Assembly: GCA_044347345.1 (NCBI GenBank)
Contig: JBIKUX010000021.1
Location: 1 to 45,659 of the forward strand
DNA: 45,659 nt
Source of the DNA: Bdellovibrionota bacterium
Lineage (GTDB): Bacteria > Bdellovibrionota_C > UBA2361 > JBIKUX01
Direction: 5' to 3'
In this document: positions 35,772 through 45,251 of the stretch, one piece after another
Layout: the number at the start of each line of letters is the position of its first letter
Position numbering within the stretch: the stretch's first letter is position 1
Notes under the pieces: model-generated
What the model was told of the DNA's origin: nothing
Database searches by the model: none
The model's input: only the letters and a program-made list of their open reading frames with translations
Made by a program: the position numbers and the translations under genes

Positions 35772-36542
35772 ATGTCAGCAAATCTCAAATGTTTTAGGCG
35801 GTCACTATTGGTCAAGTTCCTTAATTTTATAGTGCCATTAAGTGCCACTTTACTGTTTATTAACCATGCGGTGAGTGAAGAACAAAAAACTCAAGCTCGT
35901 TCCTTAGAATTAAACGAGCAAGGCGTAACCGCGGTAAAAAAGGGACAATACGAAATTGCAGAGCAACTATTTCGTAGAGCTATTGGGATAGATCCAGGTA
36001 ATCTAACCGCAGTTCATAATTTAGCTGGAATGTATATCCAAAATCAGAGGCCTGATAATGCAATTAACCTGATTAATAGCTATAAAAAAAATGATCCTGA
36101 ATTTTACATTCAGCTAGGCGATGCTTACTTTGTAAAGCGTGATTCACTAAAAGCTAGAACTAATTATGAAACGGCACTAAAGATTCAACCTAAGGCTAAG
36201 GGAATATCAAAAAAAGTTGCATCGGTCTGCCTTCTAGAGAAGGATTTTACTTGTGCTCAACAGATGCTTGAGCGGGCATCTGTTGAGCAACCGAATGACG
36301 CACAAGTTTTTGCTAATCTTACAAGCTTATATTTAGCAAAAAATGATCTAAAGAAGGCAATTAATGCTGCAAAGCGCTCACTTCAACTCACACCTTCGGG
36401 CGAGGTATACGGCATGCTCGGGGATGCCTATGCTAGCTCCAAACAAAAAGACCAGGCCACGGAAGCCTATCGTCGCGCTCTTTCAATGGGATACGAAAAA
36501 GAGGAAATGGAAAAGCGCATTAAATCGATAGAAGAAAACTAA
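35772..36542 (+). CDS. Exported TPR protein
   Basis: Signal/TM segment followed by about 5-6 TPRs (AEQLFRRAIGIDP, FYIQLGDAYF, VYGMLGDAY..ATEAYRRAL). Confidence 0.85.
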   Translation: MSANLKCFRRSLLVKFLNFIVPLSATLLFINHAVSEEQKTQARSLELNEQGVTAVKKGQYEIAEQLFRRAIGIDPGNLTAVHNLAGMYIQNQRPDNAINLINSYKKNDPEFYIQLGDAYFVKRDSLKARTNYETALKIQPKAKGISKKVASVCLLEKDFTCAQQMLERASVEQPNDAQVFANLTSLYLAKNDLKKAINAAKRSLQLTPSGEVYGMLGDAYASSKQKDQATEAYRRALSMGYEKEEMEKRIKSIEEN

Positions 36543-36555
36543 CGGACAACTAAAA

Positions 36556-38067
36556 ATGAATGATCAAGATAAGTTACAGAAGATAGTTTCTCTCTGTAAG
36601 CGTCGTGGCTTTATATTTCAAAGTAGTGACATCTACGGAGGGCTAAAAGCAGCATACGACTACGGTCCTTTGGGCGTTGAACTAAAGCGGAATATTGCTC
36701 AAGAGTGGTGGAGCGACATGGTACACAAACGCTCTGACATTGTGGGTATTGATGCATCGATTATAATGCACCCAAAAGTATGGCAGGCTAGTGGCCATCT
36801 CGCGGGATTTTCTGATCCCTTAGTCGATTGTCTAGATTGTAGAGAGCGTTTTCGAGCTGATAAGGCGCCTCGTGCTACTCCTGCTAGTGAGGTTACTTTT
36901 GAGCGCAGAGTAAATGGGGGCGGTAAAGAAAAATTAACCGCTTTAGTCGATGCTCGAGGTTATATTTGCCCAACTTGTGGTTCTCCAAGACTATCAACGG
37001 AAAGACAATTTAATTTAATGTTTCGTACATCACTCGGCCCAGTAGATTCCATTGAATCTCTTGTTGATGCCGTATACGGTAAAGATTTATCCCGTGAGGA
37101 ACTCCGTTCTTGTCTTGAGCAGGTAGTTAGCCAGTCAGCCGTTTATCTACGGCCTGAAACAGCTCAGGCCATGTTTGTCCAATTTCAAAACGTACAACAG
37201 ACTACCTCTCTTAAGGTACCTTTTGGTATTGCTCAAATAGGAAAATCATTTCGGAACGAAATTAAATCCGAGAAATTTATTTTTCGTACCTGTGAATTTG
37301 AACAAATGGAGCTTGAATATTTTATTGAGCCCGGTAGTGAAAATGAATGGCTAACATTTTGGTGCGAAAAACGCATGGAATGGTGGCAAAAATTTGCGAA
37401 TACTCCAGAAAATTTTAGAGCTCGTCCACATAGCGAAGAAGAACTAGCTCATTATTCTTCTGCTTGTTATGATATCGAATATTCCTACCCTTGGGGATGG
37501 GATGAACTTGAAGGCGTAGCCTCTCGCACTGACTATGATCTTAAACGCCACAGTGAAGTATCGGGTGAAAAACTTACCTACTTTGATCAAACAAAGTGCG
37601 ATCCTCAAACTGGCAAACAAGGGTGGCGCTATACTCCGTATGTTATTGAACCAGCTGCGGGGTTAAGTCGTGCAACACTTGTTTATCTCCTCGATGCATT
37701 CCACGAAGAGGAAGGTATAGATGCTGCTGGTGAGAATAAAGTTCGAACAATATTAAAACTTCATCCTCGTCTTGCTCCCATAAAAGTAGCAATCCTACCA
37801 CTAGTTAAAAAAGATGGATTGCTCGAAGCAGCTCAACAAATTGTAAAAGATTTTTTAAGTGCTGGTATAAATGCCCGTCTTGATGAACAACAATCAATCG
37901 GAAAGCGATACTCCAAGCACGACGAAATAGGCACTCCTTTTTGCCTAACAATTGACCATGAAACCAAAGATAACGGAACAGTTACTATACGTAACCGCGA
38001 TACTACGAACCAAGAACGCATCTCAGTAGAAGGGGCATTAGCAGAGATTTTAAAAAGACTAAATTAA
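36556..38067 (+). CDS. glyQS: Glycine--tRNA ligase, homodimeric alpha2 type
   Basis: LCKRRGF, YDYGPLG, WQASGH, YLRPETAQ, QIGKSFRNE, EFEQME, ELAHYS, ELEGVASR, VIEPAAG, DEIGTP. Confidence 0.96.
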   Translation: MNDQDKLQKIVSLCKRRGFIFQSSDIYGGLKAAYDYGPLGVELKRNIAQEWWSDMVHKRSDIVGIDASIIMHPKVWQASGHLAGFSDPLVDCLDCRERFRADKAPRATPASEVTFERRVNGGGKEKLTALVDARGYICPTCGSPRLSTERQFNLMFRTSLGPVDSIESLVDAVYGKDLSREELRSCLEQVVSQSAVYLRPETAQAMFVQFQNVQQTTSLKVPFGIAQIGKSFRNEIKSEKFIFRTCEFEQMELEYFIEPGSENEWLTFWCEKRMEWWQKFANTPENFRARPHSEEELAHYSSACYDIEYSYPWGWDELEGVASRTDYDLKRHSEVSGEKLTYFDQTKCDPQTGKQGWRYTPYVIEPAAGLSRATLVYLLDAFHEEEGIDAAGENKVRTILKLHPRLAPIKVAILPLVKKDGLLEAAQQIVKDFLSAGINARLDEQQSIGKRYSKHDEIGTPFCLTIDHETKDNGTVTIRNRDTTNQERISVEGALAEILKRLN

Positions 38068-38073
38068 TTAACA

Positions 38074-39141
38074 GTGAAAAAGATAATAAGATTTTTTTTC
38101 TTTATAACTGTTTCGGTTACTGTTTCGGTTAAAGGTGAAGATAAGATTGTCAGCAATGATATAAAAGTTCGGGCACCATTATCCTTGGTAGATATCCTTC
38201 CTCTGGGTAGATTATCTCACAGTTCTCTCGGTTTAAATGCTTTTGCTAATGAGAGAGTTTTTGGATCAATTCGTTCCCAATATCGTGAAGCTGTAAATGT
38301 TCTTAAGATTCCTAGACTTCGGATACTTTTTTCTTGGAACGATCAAATTCAGCCAAATGGTGAGGCTGCGCCATTTTGGGGATTTTATGATGAAATAATT
38401 AGCTCTCTTCCCCGCGGTAGTCGCGCAGTCATTGTTGTAACTGGACTACCATCATGGGCTAGAAATAAAGGAGATAATTCATATAAACAGTCGCTATTTT
38501 TAAATGATTGGTTTTATAAAGTACTATCAAGGTACAATAGAATTTCCTCTATAGAGGGTTTTCAGTTGTGGAATGAACCCAATGATAAAAACAATCCAGA
38601 TAATGCAGCTTTAGGATTCCTAGATAATCCAGAACAATTTGTAAAGTTTACAAATACAGGAAGATTAATCCAAAAAAACTTAAATGTTAAATCTAAGCTT
38701 ATATCAGCGGCTCCTACTTCAATTATTCAAAATTTTCCGCAGACAGCTCTCTACTTTAAGCTACTGCTAGATAATGGTCTACAAGAACAGGTCGATGTTA
38801 TCTCCCTACACTTCTACGGAGAAAGTATTGAAAGGCTAATCGCCTCTAACATTATTACTGACCAAATATTTCGAATTACTAAACCACTTTGGATAACTGA
38901 GTCTGGAATTAAGGGAGCAAAAAATCAGGAAAAATATGCAAGACGTCTATGGCCTTATCTTTTCTCTATTTTTCCTTCCCTGAAGAGAATCTACATTTAT
39001 CAATTTACAGATAGCTTACCACCAGAACAATCTTTCGGTATTCGAAGCGGTTCTGACGGTAAGACTTATTCAGGGCTTTATCACTATCTCCGCAATCAAA
39101 AAGCTAGAAGGCAACGAAGCGAATTTGAGTGGATGGAATAA
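38074..39141 (+). CDS. Secreted clan GH-A glycoside hydrolase (GH5/GH39-like)
   Basis: Signal peptide; acid/base QLWNEPN, DVISLHFY, nucleophile LWITESG. GTG start. Confidence 0.8.
   Translation: MKKIIRFFFFITVSVTVSVKGEDKIVSNDIKVRAPLSLVDILPLGRLSHSSLGLNAFANERVFGSIRSQYREAVNVLKIPRLRILFSWNDQIQPNGEAAPFWGFYDEIISSLPRGSRAVIVVTGLPSWARNKGDNSYKQSLFLNDWFYKVLSRYNRISSIEGFQLWNEPNDKNNPDNAALGFLDNPEQFVKFTNTGRLIQKNLNVKSKLISAAPTSIIQNFPQTALYFKLLLDNGLQEQVDVISLHFYGESIERLIASNIITDQIFRITKPLWITESGIKGAKNQEKYARRLWPYLFSIFPSLKRIYIYQFTDSLPPEQSFGIRSGSDGKTYSGLYHYLRNQKARRQRSEFEWME
38107..38130 (+). repeat. 12-bp in-frame tandem duplication in signal peptide
   Basis: ACTGTTTCGGTT x2, encoding TVSV-TVSV. Confidence 0.85.
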
Positions 39142-40000
39142 ACTGACCTATCGCTCGGCTAGTCTCTGTTAACAAGCGGCGAATTTTAGATAGTTGGTCT
39201 TCTGCATATGAGAGAGTCGGAAGCTCACCTTCAGCTAAAGGTTTTCCCGCCAAAGCCAATGCTTCACCAGCAGCTTCATAGACACTACCAAGTTCATCAA
39301 TTAATCCCAAATTAAGTGCCTGTTCTCCAGTTAAAACTCTTCCATCTGCAAATGTACTAACTTTTTCCACGGTCATATTACGTGATTCTGCAACAGCAGT
39401 AATGAACTGTTGATGCACTCCCTTCAACATATCTTGCAAGTAAGCTCTATCCTCTTCTGTAAAAGGACGAAATGGGTTGCCAATATCCTTCATTGAGCCA
39501 CTTTTAACTGTAATCATTGATACACCGGCTTTTTCAGTTAAGCCGGTAAAATTAGGGAATTGCCCAACCACGCCAATCGAACCAGTCATAGTCCCTGGGT
39601 TTGCAAATATCTTAGAAGCCGGCAACGCGGCGTATAGTCCACCCGAGGCAGCAACCATTCCCATTGATGCCACTATGGGCTTTTTCTGACGAAGAGTTTT
39701 TACCGCCTCATATATCTCCTGAGATGGCCCAACTGCTCCACCTGGTGAGTCAATTCTAAGAACAACGGCAGTAATATTGGAAGATTTAACTTGGTCATGG
39801 AGACGCTGCACCACCTCTTTTACATCAAAAATCTCACCAGTAAGTTCTACTACACCCACAATTCGGTCACTACTCGTTTTTAGGTCAGTTCCACGCTCTA
39901 AAACACTTCCAACTAAAGCTAATATTAATGGTGCACCAACAAATATAACGACTATTACCGTTAAGAATTTTAAAAGCCAAATAAAATATTCTCGAATCAC
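39104..40000 (-). CDS. sppA: Signal peptide peptidase SppA (S49, short type)
   Basis: N-terminal TM; LRIDSPGG, KPIVASMG..AASGG, TGSIGV, KDIGNPFR, DGRVLTG..GLIDELG. Confidence 0.92.
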   Translation of the reverse strand: MIREYFIWLLKFLTVIVVIFVGAPLILALVGSVLERGTDLKTSSDRIVGVVELTGEIFDVKEVVQRLHDQVKSSNITAVVLRIDSPGGAVGPSQEIYEAVKTLRQKKPIVASMGMVAASGGLYAALPASKIFANPGTMTGSIGVVGQFPNFTGLTEKAGVSMITVKSGSMKDIGNPFRPFTEEDRAYLQDMLKGVHQQFITAVAESRNMTVEKVSTFADGRVLTGEQALNLGLIDELGSVYEAAGEALALAGKPLAEGELPTLSYAEDQLSKIRRLLTETSRAIGQFIPSTQIRFVAF

Positions 40001-40022
40001 AAAATTTATCTCCTAAACCCTA

Positions 40023-41096
40023 CTAAACAGAATAAACAAAATACTCTTCCTCGCTTGTACTAAGTGCACATAAGACTTCCAACTGCTTAACCCGTCGAAG
40101 ATATTTATGTAGCGGATACTCCCAAGTAAACCCAATCCCTCCATGATATTGAATTGCTCGTTCAATCACCCAAGAACCCCACTGAGTTGCTCTACAAATA
40201 GCGGCTAAAATGACTGTTTCTTGGTCACTAGTACCTTGCGCAATATTCCAGATTGCACAATCAATTAAACTCCGAAGCGCTTTTACCTTTACGGCTACAT
40301 CTGCAAGGCCATGCTGTACTGCTTGAAAAGAACCTACCGGACGGCCAAATTGCAATCTATCCTGAACGTAGGATACCGTCATCTCAAGAACGGTCTCAGA
40401 AATGGAGGCAATTTCAATAGCGCGTAAGAATCTATAGCATAATTTTAAATGCCAGGCTCGAGGAGCGATTATTTTTCGAAAGTTAGTTGCAGGATTTACA
40501 AACTTGAAACTACAGTATTGTCTAGATATATCGAGTGCATTAAGCATGTCCAGCTGTAAATGAGTCCTAACCTCTTCTGGAGTTAGTCTTATTTCTACAA
40601 TAATACTTTGATCAGGAGCCGCGCCAAGCTCGAGCTTTTGTTCAGAACCAGTCCCATAGAGAATTAGGCCTCTCTCCCTTATCTTTACTAGCACCGAAGA
40701 AATGTTATCGTTATTCGCTACCTCGACCGGAGAAATACTTCCGCTCACAGACTCAGCTGCTATTTCTAGCGATAGTCCTGTTAAGTCACCGAAAATTAGC
40801 GGAGCTTCACCGGTATCTTGACATATACTTTGACTACCGTTAGCTACATACTCATTAAAGAAACAATAATTTAAGTAGTCACCGCCAATTAAATTTCTAC
40901 CAACTTCCTCAGCTAAAACCGCTAAATATGGGAAAACTGCCCCTTCTCCAGTTCTAATGACTTCTCCAATACACAAACCATCTAAAATCGACCAACGAGT
41001 TTCGCTCGAGCTCTCCTTCGATCTTTCAAAAGCAGTACTTAAACTTGCCTTCAAAGAAACTACTTCCTCGTTAACTGAAAATGGATTCTCAGCCAT
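40023..41096 (-). CDS. Acyl-CoA dehydrogenase-like protein (conserved C-terminal domain, divergent N-terminal and middle domains)
   Basis: YVQDRLQFGRPVGSFQAVQHGLAD, AIQYHGGIGFTWEY..YLRR and LAEEVGR motifs. Confidence 0.8.
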   Translation of the reverse strand: MAENPFSVNEEVVSLKASLSTAFERSKESSSETRWSILDGLCIGEVIRTGEGAVFPYLAVLAEEVGRNLIGGDYLNYCFFNEYVANGSQSICQDTGEAPLIFGDLTGLSLEIAAESVSGSISPVEVANNDNISSVLVKIRERGLILYGTGSEQKLELGAAPDQSIIVEIRLTPEEVRTHLQLDMLNALDISRQYCSFKFVNPATNFRKIIAPRAWHLKLCYRFLRAIEIASISETVLEMTVSYVQDRLQFGRPVGSFQAVQHGLADVAVKVKALRSLIDCAIWNIAQGTSDQETVILAAICRATQWGSWVIERAIQYHGGIGFTWEYPLHKYLRRVKQLEVLCALSTSEEEYFVYSV

Positions 41097-41174
41097 AAAT
41101 AGTCCGATCTAAAATCACAGGATCCTCTAAAAATACTGTAAAGAGTCTAAAACCAGAGTGTTGAACTAAACCAA

Positions 41175-41495
41175 TCACGATAAACCTAGCGTGAGTTTAA
41201 CGTCATCGGACGGTTGCCAAGGAGGAGAAAAAACTACTTTTACCTCTACCTCTTCAACACCCCCTAAAGCACCAACTTTTCTCTTAACTTGATCAATTAA
41301 AAGAGGTCCAGCTGGACACATTGGTGATGTAAAAGTCATTTCAATTAAAATCGACTTACCTTCATCATTTATATTTATGGAATAAATTAATCCCAAAAAC
41401 CAAATATCAAGAAACAATTCAGGATCTTCAATTGTTTTAAGCACCTCAATGACCTGCTCCTGAGTAGGATAACTTACCAAATCCCTGTCCTCCAT
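41175..41495 (-). CDS. DUF59/SufT (PaaD-like) metal-sulfur cluster assembly factor
   Basis: LKTIEDPEL..DIWFLGLIY, MTFTSPMCP, VFSPPW. GGAGG ribosome-binding site upstream. Confidence 0.9.
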   Translation of the reverse strand: MEDRDLVSYPTQEQVIEVLKTIEDPELFLDIWFLGLIYSININDEGKSILIEMTFTSPMCPAGPLLIDQVKRKVGALGGVEEVEVKVVFSPPWQPSDDVKLTLGLS

Positions 41496-41521
41496 GACAT
41501 ATCCTCCATTTATTCAATCAA

Positions 41522-43048
41522 CTAAGGCCTTTTCCACTCGCGCCATCTTCTCCGCAATAGAGCCGCTTTATCTCGTCGCCAAAAACGAAAACTACGTCGC
41601 TTATGATTTAGCCAAAAAAGCACGTAGCCTCCATTACCGAGCATAAATCGGAGTACTCCAGCCCTGAATGAAGGTACATAACAGAGAAAATGTGACAACA
41701 TGTGGAGCTCTGTCTTTACAAAATGCCCTACCGAATGGGGAGGCGAAAACATACCGTAATCCGGAATCGATTTACCTTGTCGCCGATGAGTCTCTATCAC
41801 TCGAAAAGCTCGCCATCTTTTTTCATTCGCCATAAGACGGTTTGATGCCAGCGCTTCATCTCGAGACACTTCAACAGATTTGAGCTTACCATCTGATACT
41901 AATCTATCGTATACGGCCGTGCCCTTAGCAGTGCGAATAAGACCAAAACTCCATCCATCATAAAAATTTACTGAATCATTAGGGGGCGCCATCCAAGGAT
42001 CCCCAACAGAAATATCGGCAAATTCTGATGTCGCATCAAAGCAAGTCAAACATCTGGAAGGAGTATATAATCGATATAAAATATTTATCACTTCAATAGA
42101 GGAAGGACGATACCCAAATTTTGATCCAAAATATACAGGATAAAGGGAACCATTTTTGCGCTCAATATGCGGAGAACCAGGATGTTTCCCAACTCGAGAG
42201 ATAAACTTTTTAGCACCATCTACATTAACACCTAAAGTCTCCCAAATAACTGAGAAAGCCTCATGCTCAATAGCAGCGTGACAAAAAAGCCCGATTGTAA
42301 AAGTTATTTTATCCCTCAGTCTCGAGTCTAATGCTTTAGCTTTTAAAATACCATGAATTTGACAAGGGAGCCCGACCACAGCGACTTTCCCATCTAAGTC
42401 ACGAACAGCATCGAGAACTGAATTAGTCGGCGAAATTGCATACTTTGATTTCATAGTAGAGATAATGTCCTCTCTAGTTCGAGCCAATATCGGAGAACCC
42501 ATCCATAAAATGGATTCATGAGATCCTACGGTAACTGCACCATGAATCTCACCTCTACTCAGCAAATCAAGTAAAATTGCTGTTACTAATCCTCCTGAAG
42601 TAGATCTTTCACGAATCTCCGGATCGGTAGCATGCGCTACAACACTGCGCTCAAAGTACCCATGTGTAGCAGTAACTTCCGCCGGCCGTTTAAAAACCTC
42701 CTGATGATGAGTAAGCAAATCAAACTCGTCTCCAGGACACACTTTTACACATAAATCACAATCTGTGCATGAATTAAGATCTTTAACAACAGGATATTCC
42801 TCCTCATCTCGTCCGAGAACTTTTGTCGGACATATCCCGACGCAAGTTCCGCACCGATGGCAAAGTCCATTATCAATAATCTGAGCCAGCGACTTTAGAG
42901 CTCTCGGCAATTCAGCTTGCTCAGATGGGGGCCATTCCGAAGGACTTAAAAATGGAGTTAAAGAAAATTTTTCTATCGGGTGTTTTCTAAGAGGAATAGG
43001 GGTATCGGAAATCACTGATAAAAATCTACTTCCTTTTTTTGATACCAC
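41522..43048 (-). CDS. FrhB/FdhB-family (F420 hydrogenase beta subunit-like) Fe-S flavoprotein with N-terminal 2x[4Fe-4S] ferredoxin
   Basis: CHRCGTCVGICP and CTDCDLCVKVCP; STSGGLVT, SKY, VGLPCQ, IGLFC, CLTCFD..ADISVGDPW, IRTAKG. GTG start. Confidence 0.88.
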   Translation of the reverse strand: MVSKKGSRFLSVISDTPIPLRKHPIEKFSLTPFLSPSEWPPSEQAELPRALKSLAQIIDNGLCHRCGTCVGICPTKVLGRDEEEYPVVKDLNSCTDCDLCVKVCPGDEFDLLTHHQEVFKRPAEVTATHGYFERSVVAHATDPEIRERSTSGGLVTAILLDLLSRGEIHGAVTVGSHESILWMGSPILARTREDIISTMKSKYAISPTNSVLDAVRDLDGKVAVVGLPCQIHGILKAKALDSRLRDKITFTIGLFCHAAIEHEAFSVIWETLGVNVDGAKKFISRVGKHPGSPHIERKNGSLYPVYFGSKFGYRPSSIEVINILYRLYTPSRCLTCFDATSEFADISVGDPWMAPPNDSVNFYDGWSFGLIRTAKGTAVYDRLVSDGKLKSVEVSRDEALASNRLMANEKRWRAFRVIETHRRQGKSIPDYGMFSPPHSVGHFVKTELHMLSHFLCYVPSFRAGVLRFMLGNGGYVLFWLNHKRRSFRFWRRDKAALLRRRWREWKRP

Positions 43049-43126
43049 GAAATTCCCTATCTCTCTTAGAAATATTCCTAAATAATGCCAGATTTTTACT
43101 ATTAATAAAGGTTTTAGGAGTACCTG

Positions 43127-44236
43127 TTATGAATTTGCAACCTCATCGTCGTCAACGAGAAATGCTTCTTCGTCATTTTCATTTCTACGATCATCTTTAG
43201 AACCTAAACGAACTGTATCAGTATTAGATCCCAGATTCTCTAACAAAACCTTTCTAACTTCTTCAATAATAACTGGATGCTCTTTTAGATATAATTTAGA
43301 CCCTTCTCTACCTTGACCTAGCCTTTCTCCCTTGTACGAAAACCATGCTCCAGCTTTGTCAACGATGCCATGCTCAACCCCAAGATCAAGCACCTCACCG
43401 GACTTACTAATTCCCTCATTAAACATTATATCAAATTCGGCTTCACGAAAGGGTGGTGCTACCTTATTTTTAACGACCTTTACCCGTACGCGATTTCCCG
43501 TTACTTCACCTTGATCTTTTAATGAAGAAATTCTCCTTATATCTAACCGAACAGATGCATAAAACTTAAGTGCATTACCACCTGTTGTTGTTTCTGGCGA
43601 ACCGAACATCACCCCTATTTTCATTCTTATTTGATTAATAAATAGTATTAGAGTGCCAGATTTGGCGCTAATTGCTGTTAGTTTTCGTAAAGCCTTACTC
43701 ATTAACCGCGCATGTAAGCCAGGAAGCTGATCACCTATTTCTCCATCAATCTCAGCTCGAGGAGTTAACGCAGCAACAGAATCAACAACCACTAAATCAA
43801 TAGAACCTGACTGCACCAAAGTTTCTAAAATCTCAAAGGCTTGCTCGCCACAATCGGGCTGACTAACCAAAAGTTTAGAAGTGTCTACTCCCAATTTGCG
43901 AGCATATTCAACATCTAAAGCATGTTCCGCATCAATAAAAACAACTGTACCACCCTTACGTTGCACCTCAGCAGCAAGATGAAGAGCTAAAGTCGTTTTA
44001 CCAGAGGACTCAGGCCCGTATATTTCACATATGCGCCCCTTTGGTAACCCGCCGATACCCAACGCAATGTCTAAACCAAGACTCCCAGTAGGAAATGATT
44101 CAACAGCAGTCGGCATTGAAGTGCCTAAACTCATAATTGAACCTTTACCAAATTTTCTCTCTAAAAGAGTAAGTGCTGAACTAAGCGCTTTGTCTTTATC
44201 ACCACCTGCGCCGCTTTTCTGTTTTTCTTCTGCCAT
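43127..44236 (-). CDS. recA: Recombinase RecA
   Basis: [70 protein letters not shown]. Confidence 0.99.
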   Translation of the reverse strand: MAEEKQKSGAGGDKDKALSSALTLLERKFGKGSIMSLGTSMPTAVESFPTGSLGLDIALGIGGLPKGRICEIYGPESSGKTTLALHLAAEVQRKGGTVVFIDAEHALDVEYARKLGVDTSKLLVSQPDCGEQAFEILETLVQSGSIDLVVVDSVAALTPRAEIDGEIGDQLPGLHARLMSKALRKLTAISAKSGTLILFINQIRMKIGVMFGSPETTTGGNALKFYASVRLDIRRISSLKDQGEVTGNRVRVKVVKNKVAPPFREAEFDIMFNEGISKSGEVLDLGVEHGIVDKAGAWFSYKGERLGQGREGSKLYLKEHPVIIEEVRKVLLENLGSNTDTVRLGSKDDRRNENDEEAFLVDDDEVANS

Positions 44237-44258
44237 GACTACCTTCTATTTTTACAAT

Positions 44259-44942
44259 TTACATTTCCCTCATAATTCCGATAACCCGCCCTTGAATTCT
44301 TACTGAATCAAGAGTCATTGGAGCTAATCTGGCATTCGCGGGGACAAGCATTACTTTTCCGTTCTTTAATCGTCGATAAGTTTTAAGAGTTGCAGACCCA
44401 TCATCTAAAAGTGCTACGATGATTTGACCGTTGTCGGCATAATCCTGCTTTCGGACTATTACAATATCCCCGTCACAAATATGTGCATCAATCATGGAGT
44501 CACCACTCACCTCAAGACAAAATACTTCTCCTTTTCCCTGCATTAATCGAGCCGGAATTTCAATCTTAGTTCGCTGTTCAACTGCTTCCAGTGGCACTCC
44601 AGCTGCAATTACTCCTACCAGTGGTACAGCGGTAGCCCCTAAGTCTAATCGCTCGCTATCAATGAGCTCAATTGTTCCGTCATCACCTCGCACAAGAAAA
44701 CCCTTTTGCTCTAATCGTTCAAGATGGAAATGAGCAGTGGAAGGAGACTTAACTCCAATGTGCTCTGCTATATCTCTGAGAGTTGGAGCATACCCTCGGT
44801 CAGAAATGTAACTCCTGAGAAATTCGAGAGTATCCCTCTGAACGGGTGCAAGACTAACAGACCGATGTAAGATATCCTTCTGTTTTCTATTTCGTATCTT
44901 ACCCTTGGGATTATGCTTAACAATCCCTTTACCTTCCTCCAC
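44259..44942 (-). CDS. lexA: SOS repressor LexA
   Basis: Winged HTH GYAPTLRDIA..SPSTAHFHLERLEQKG; cleavage site IAAG; catalytic Ser (GDSM) and Lys (TLK). GTG start preceded by GGAGGA. Confidence 0.95.
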   Translation of the reverse strand: MEEGKGIVKHNPKGKIRNRKQKDILHRSVSLAPVQRDTLEFLRSYISDRGYAPTLRDIAEHIGVKSPSTAHFHLERLEQKGFLVRGDDGTIELIDSERLDLGATAVPLVGVIAAGVPLEAVEQRTKIEIPARLMQGKGEVFCLEVSGDSMIDAHICDGDIVIVRKQDYADNGQIIVALLDDGSATLKTYRRLKNGKVMLVPANARLAPMTLDSVRIQGRVIGIMREM

Positions 44943-44960
44943 AGCTAAATTCCTCCACAG
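44934..44960. repeat. 11-bp direct repeat spanning the lexA ribosome-binding site and start codon
   Basis: TTCCTCCACAG at 44934-44944 and 44950-44960 (16-bp period). Confidence 0.8.
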
Positions 44961-45251
44961 TTATTTTCTTCTAGAGTTACTTTTTTCCACAATACGCTGT
45001 CTACTGAATCTCTTCTTAGATTTTGATAACTATCTCTAATACCTATTCTAAATCACTGAGTAATTTTTTGCGGGGGTTATACTTAAATTATTTAAACTTA
45101 CTTTTTAATGCTATACTACTATTCCATATAGAACAATAGTAGAAATAGCTTAAAACTTGTTTTAGCTCAAATACCTCTCAATATGAATTTAATTTTTTCC
45201 GACAGAGACTCTATAGCAGTGATAAAAGTGCTATTTAGCAAGGATGCTAAG

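Noticed and set aside
41522-43048. Inferring methanogenesis, F420 hydrogenase or photosynthesis from the FrhB-like gene
   Set aside because: No hydrogenase subunits or bch/chl genes are nearby, and the family has many unrelated roles.
45125-45150. GAAC-AATA-GTAG as a Firmicutes-type SOS box
   Set aside because: The right half-site has two mismatches to GTTC and it lies about 190 bp from the lexA start; too weak to call.
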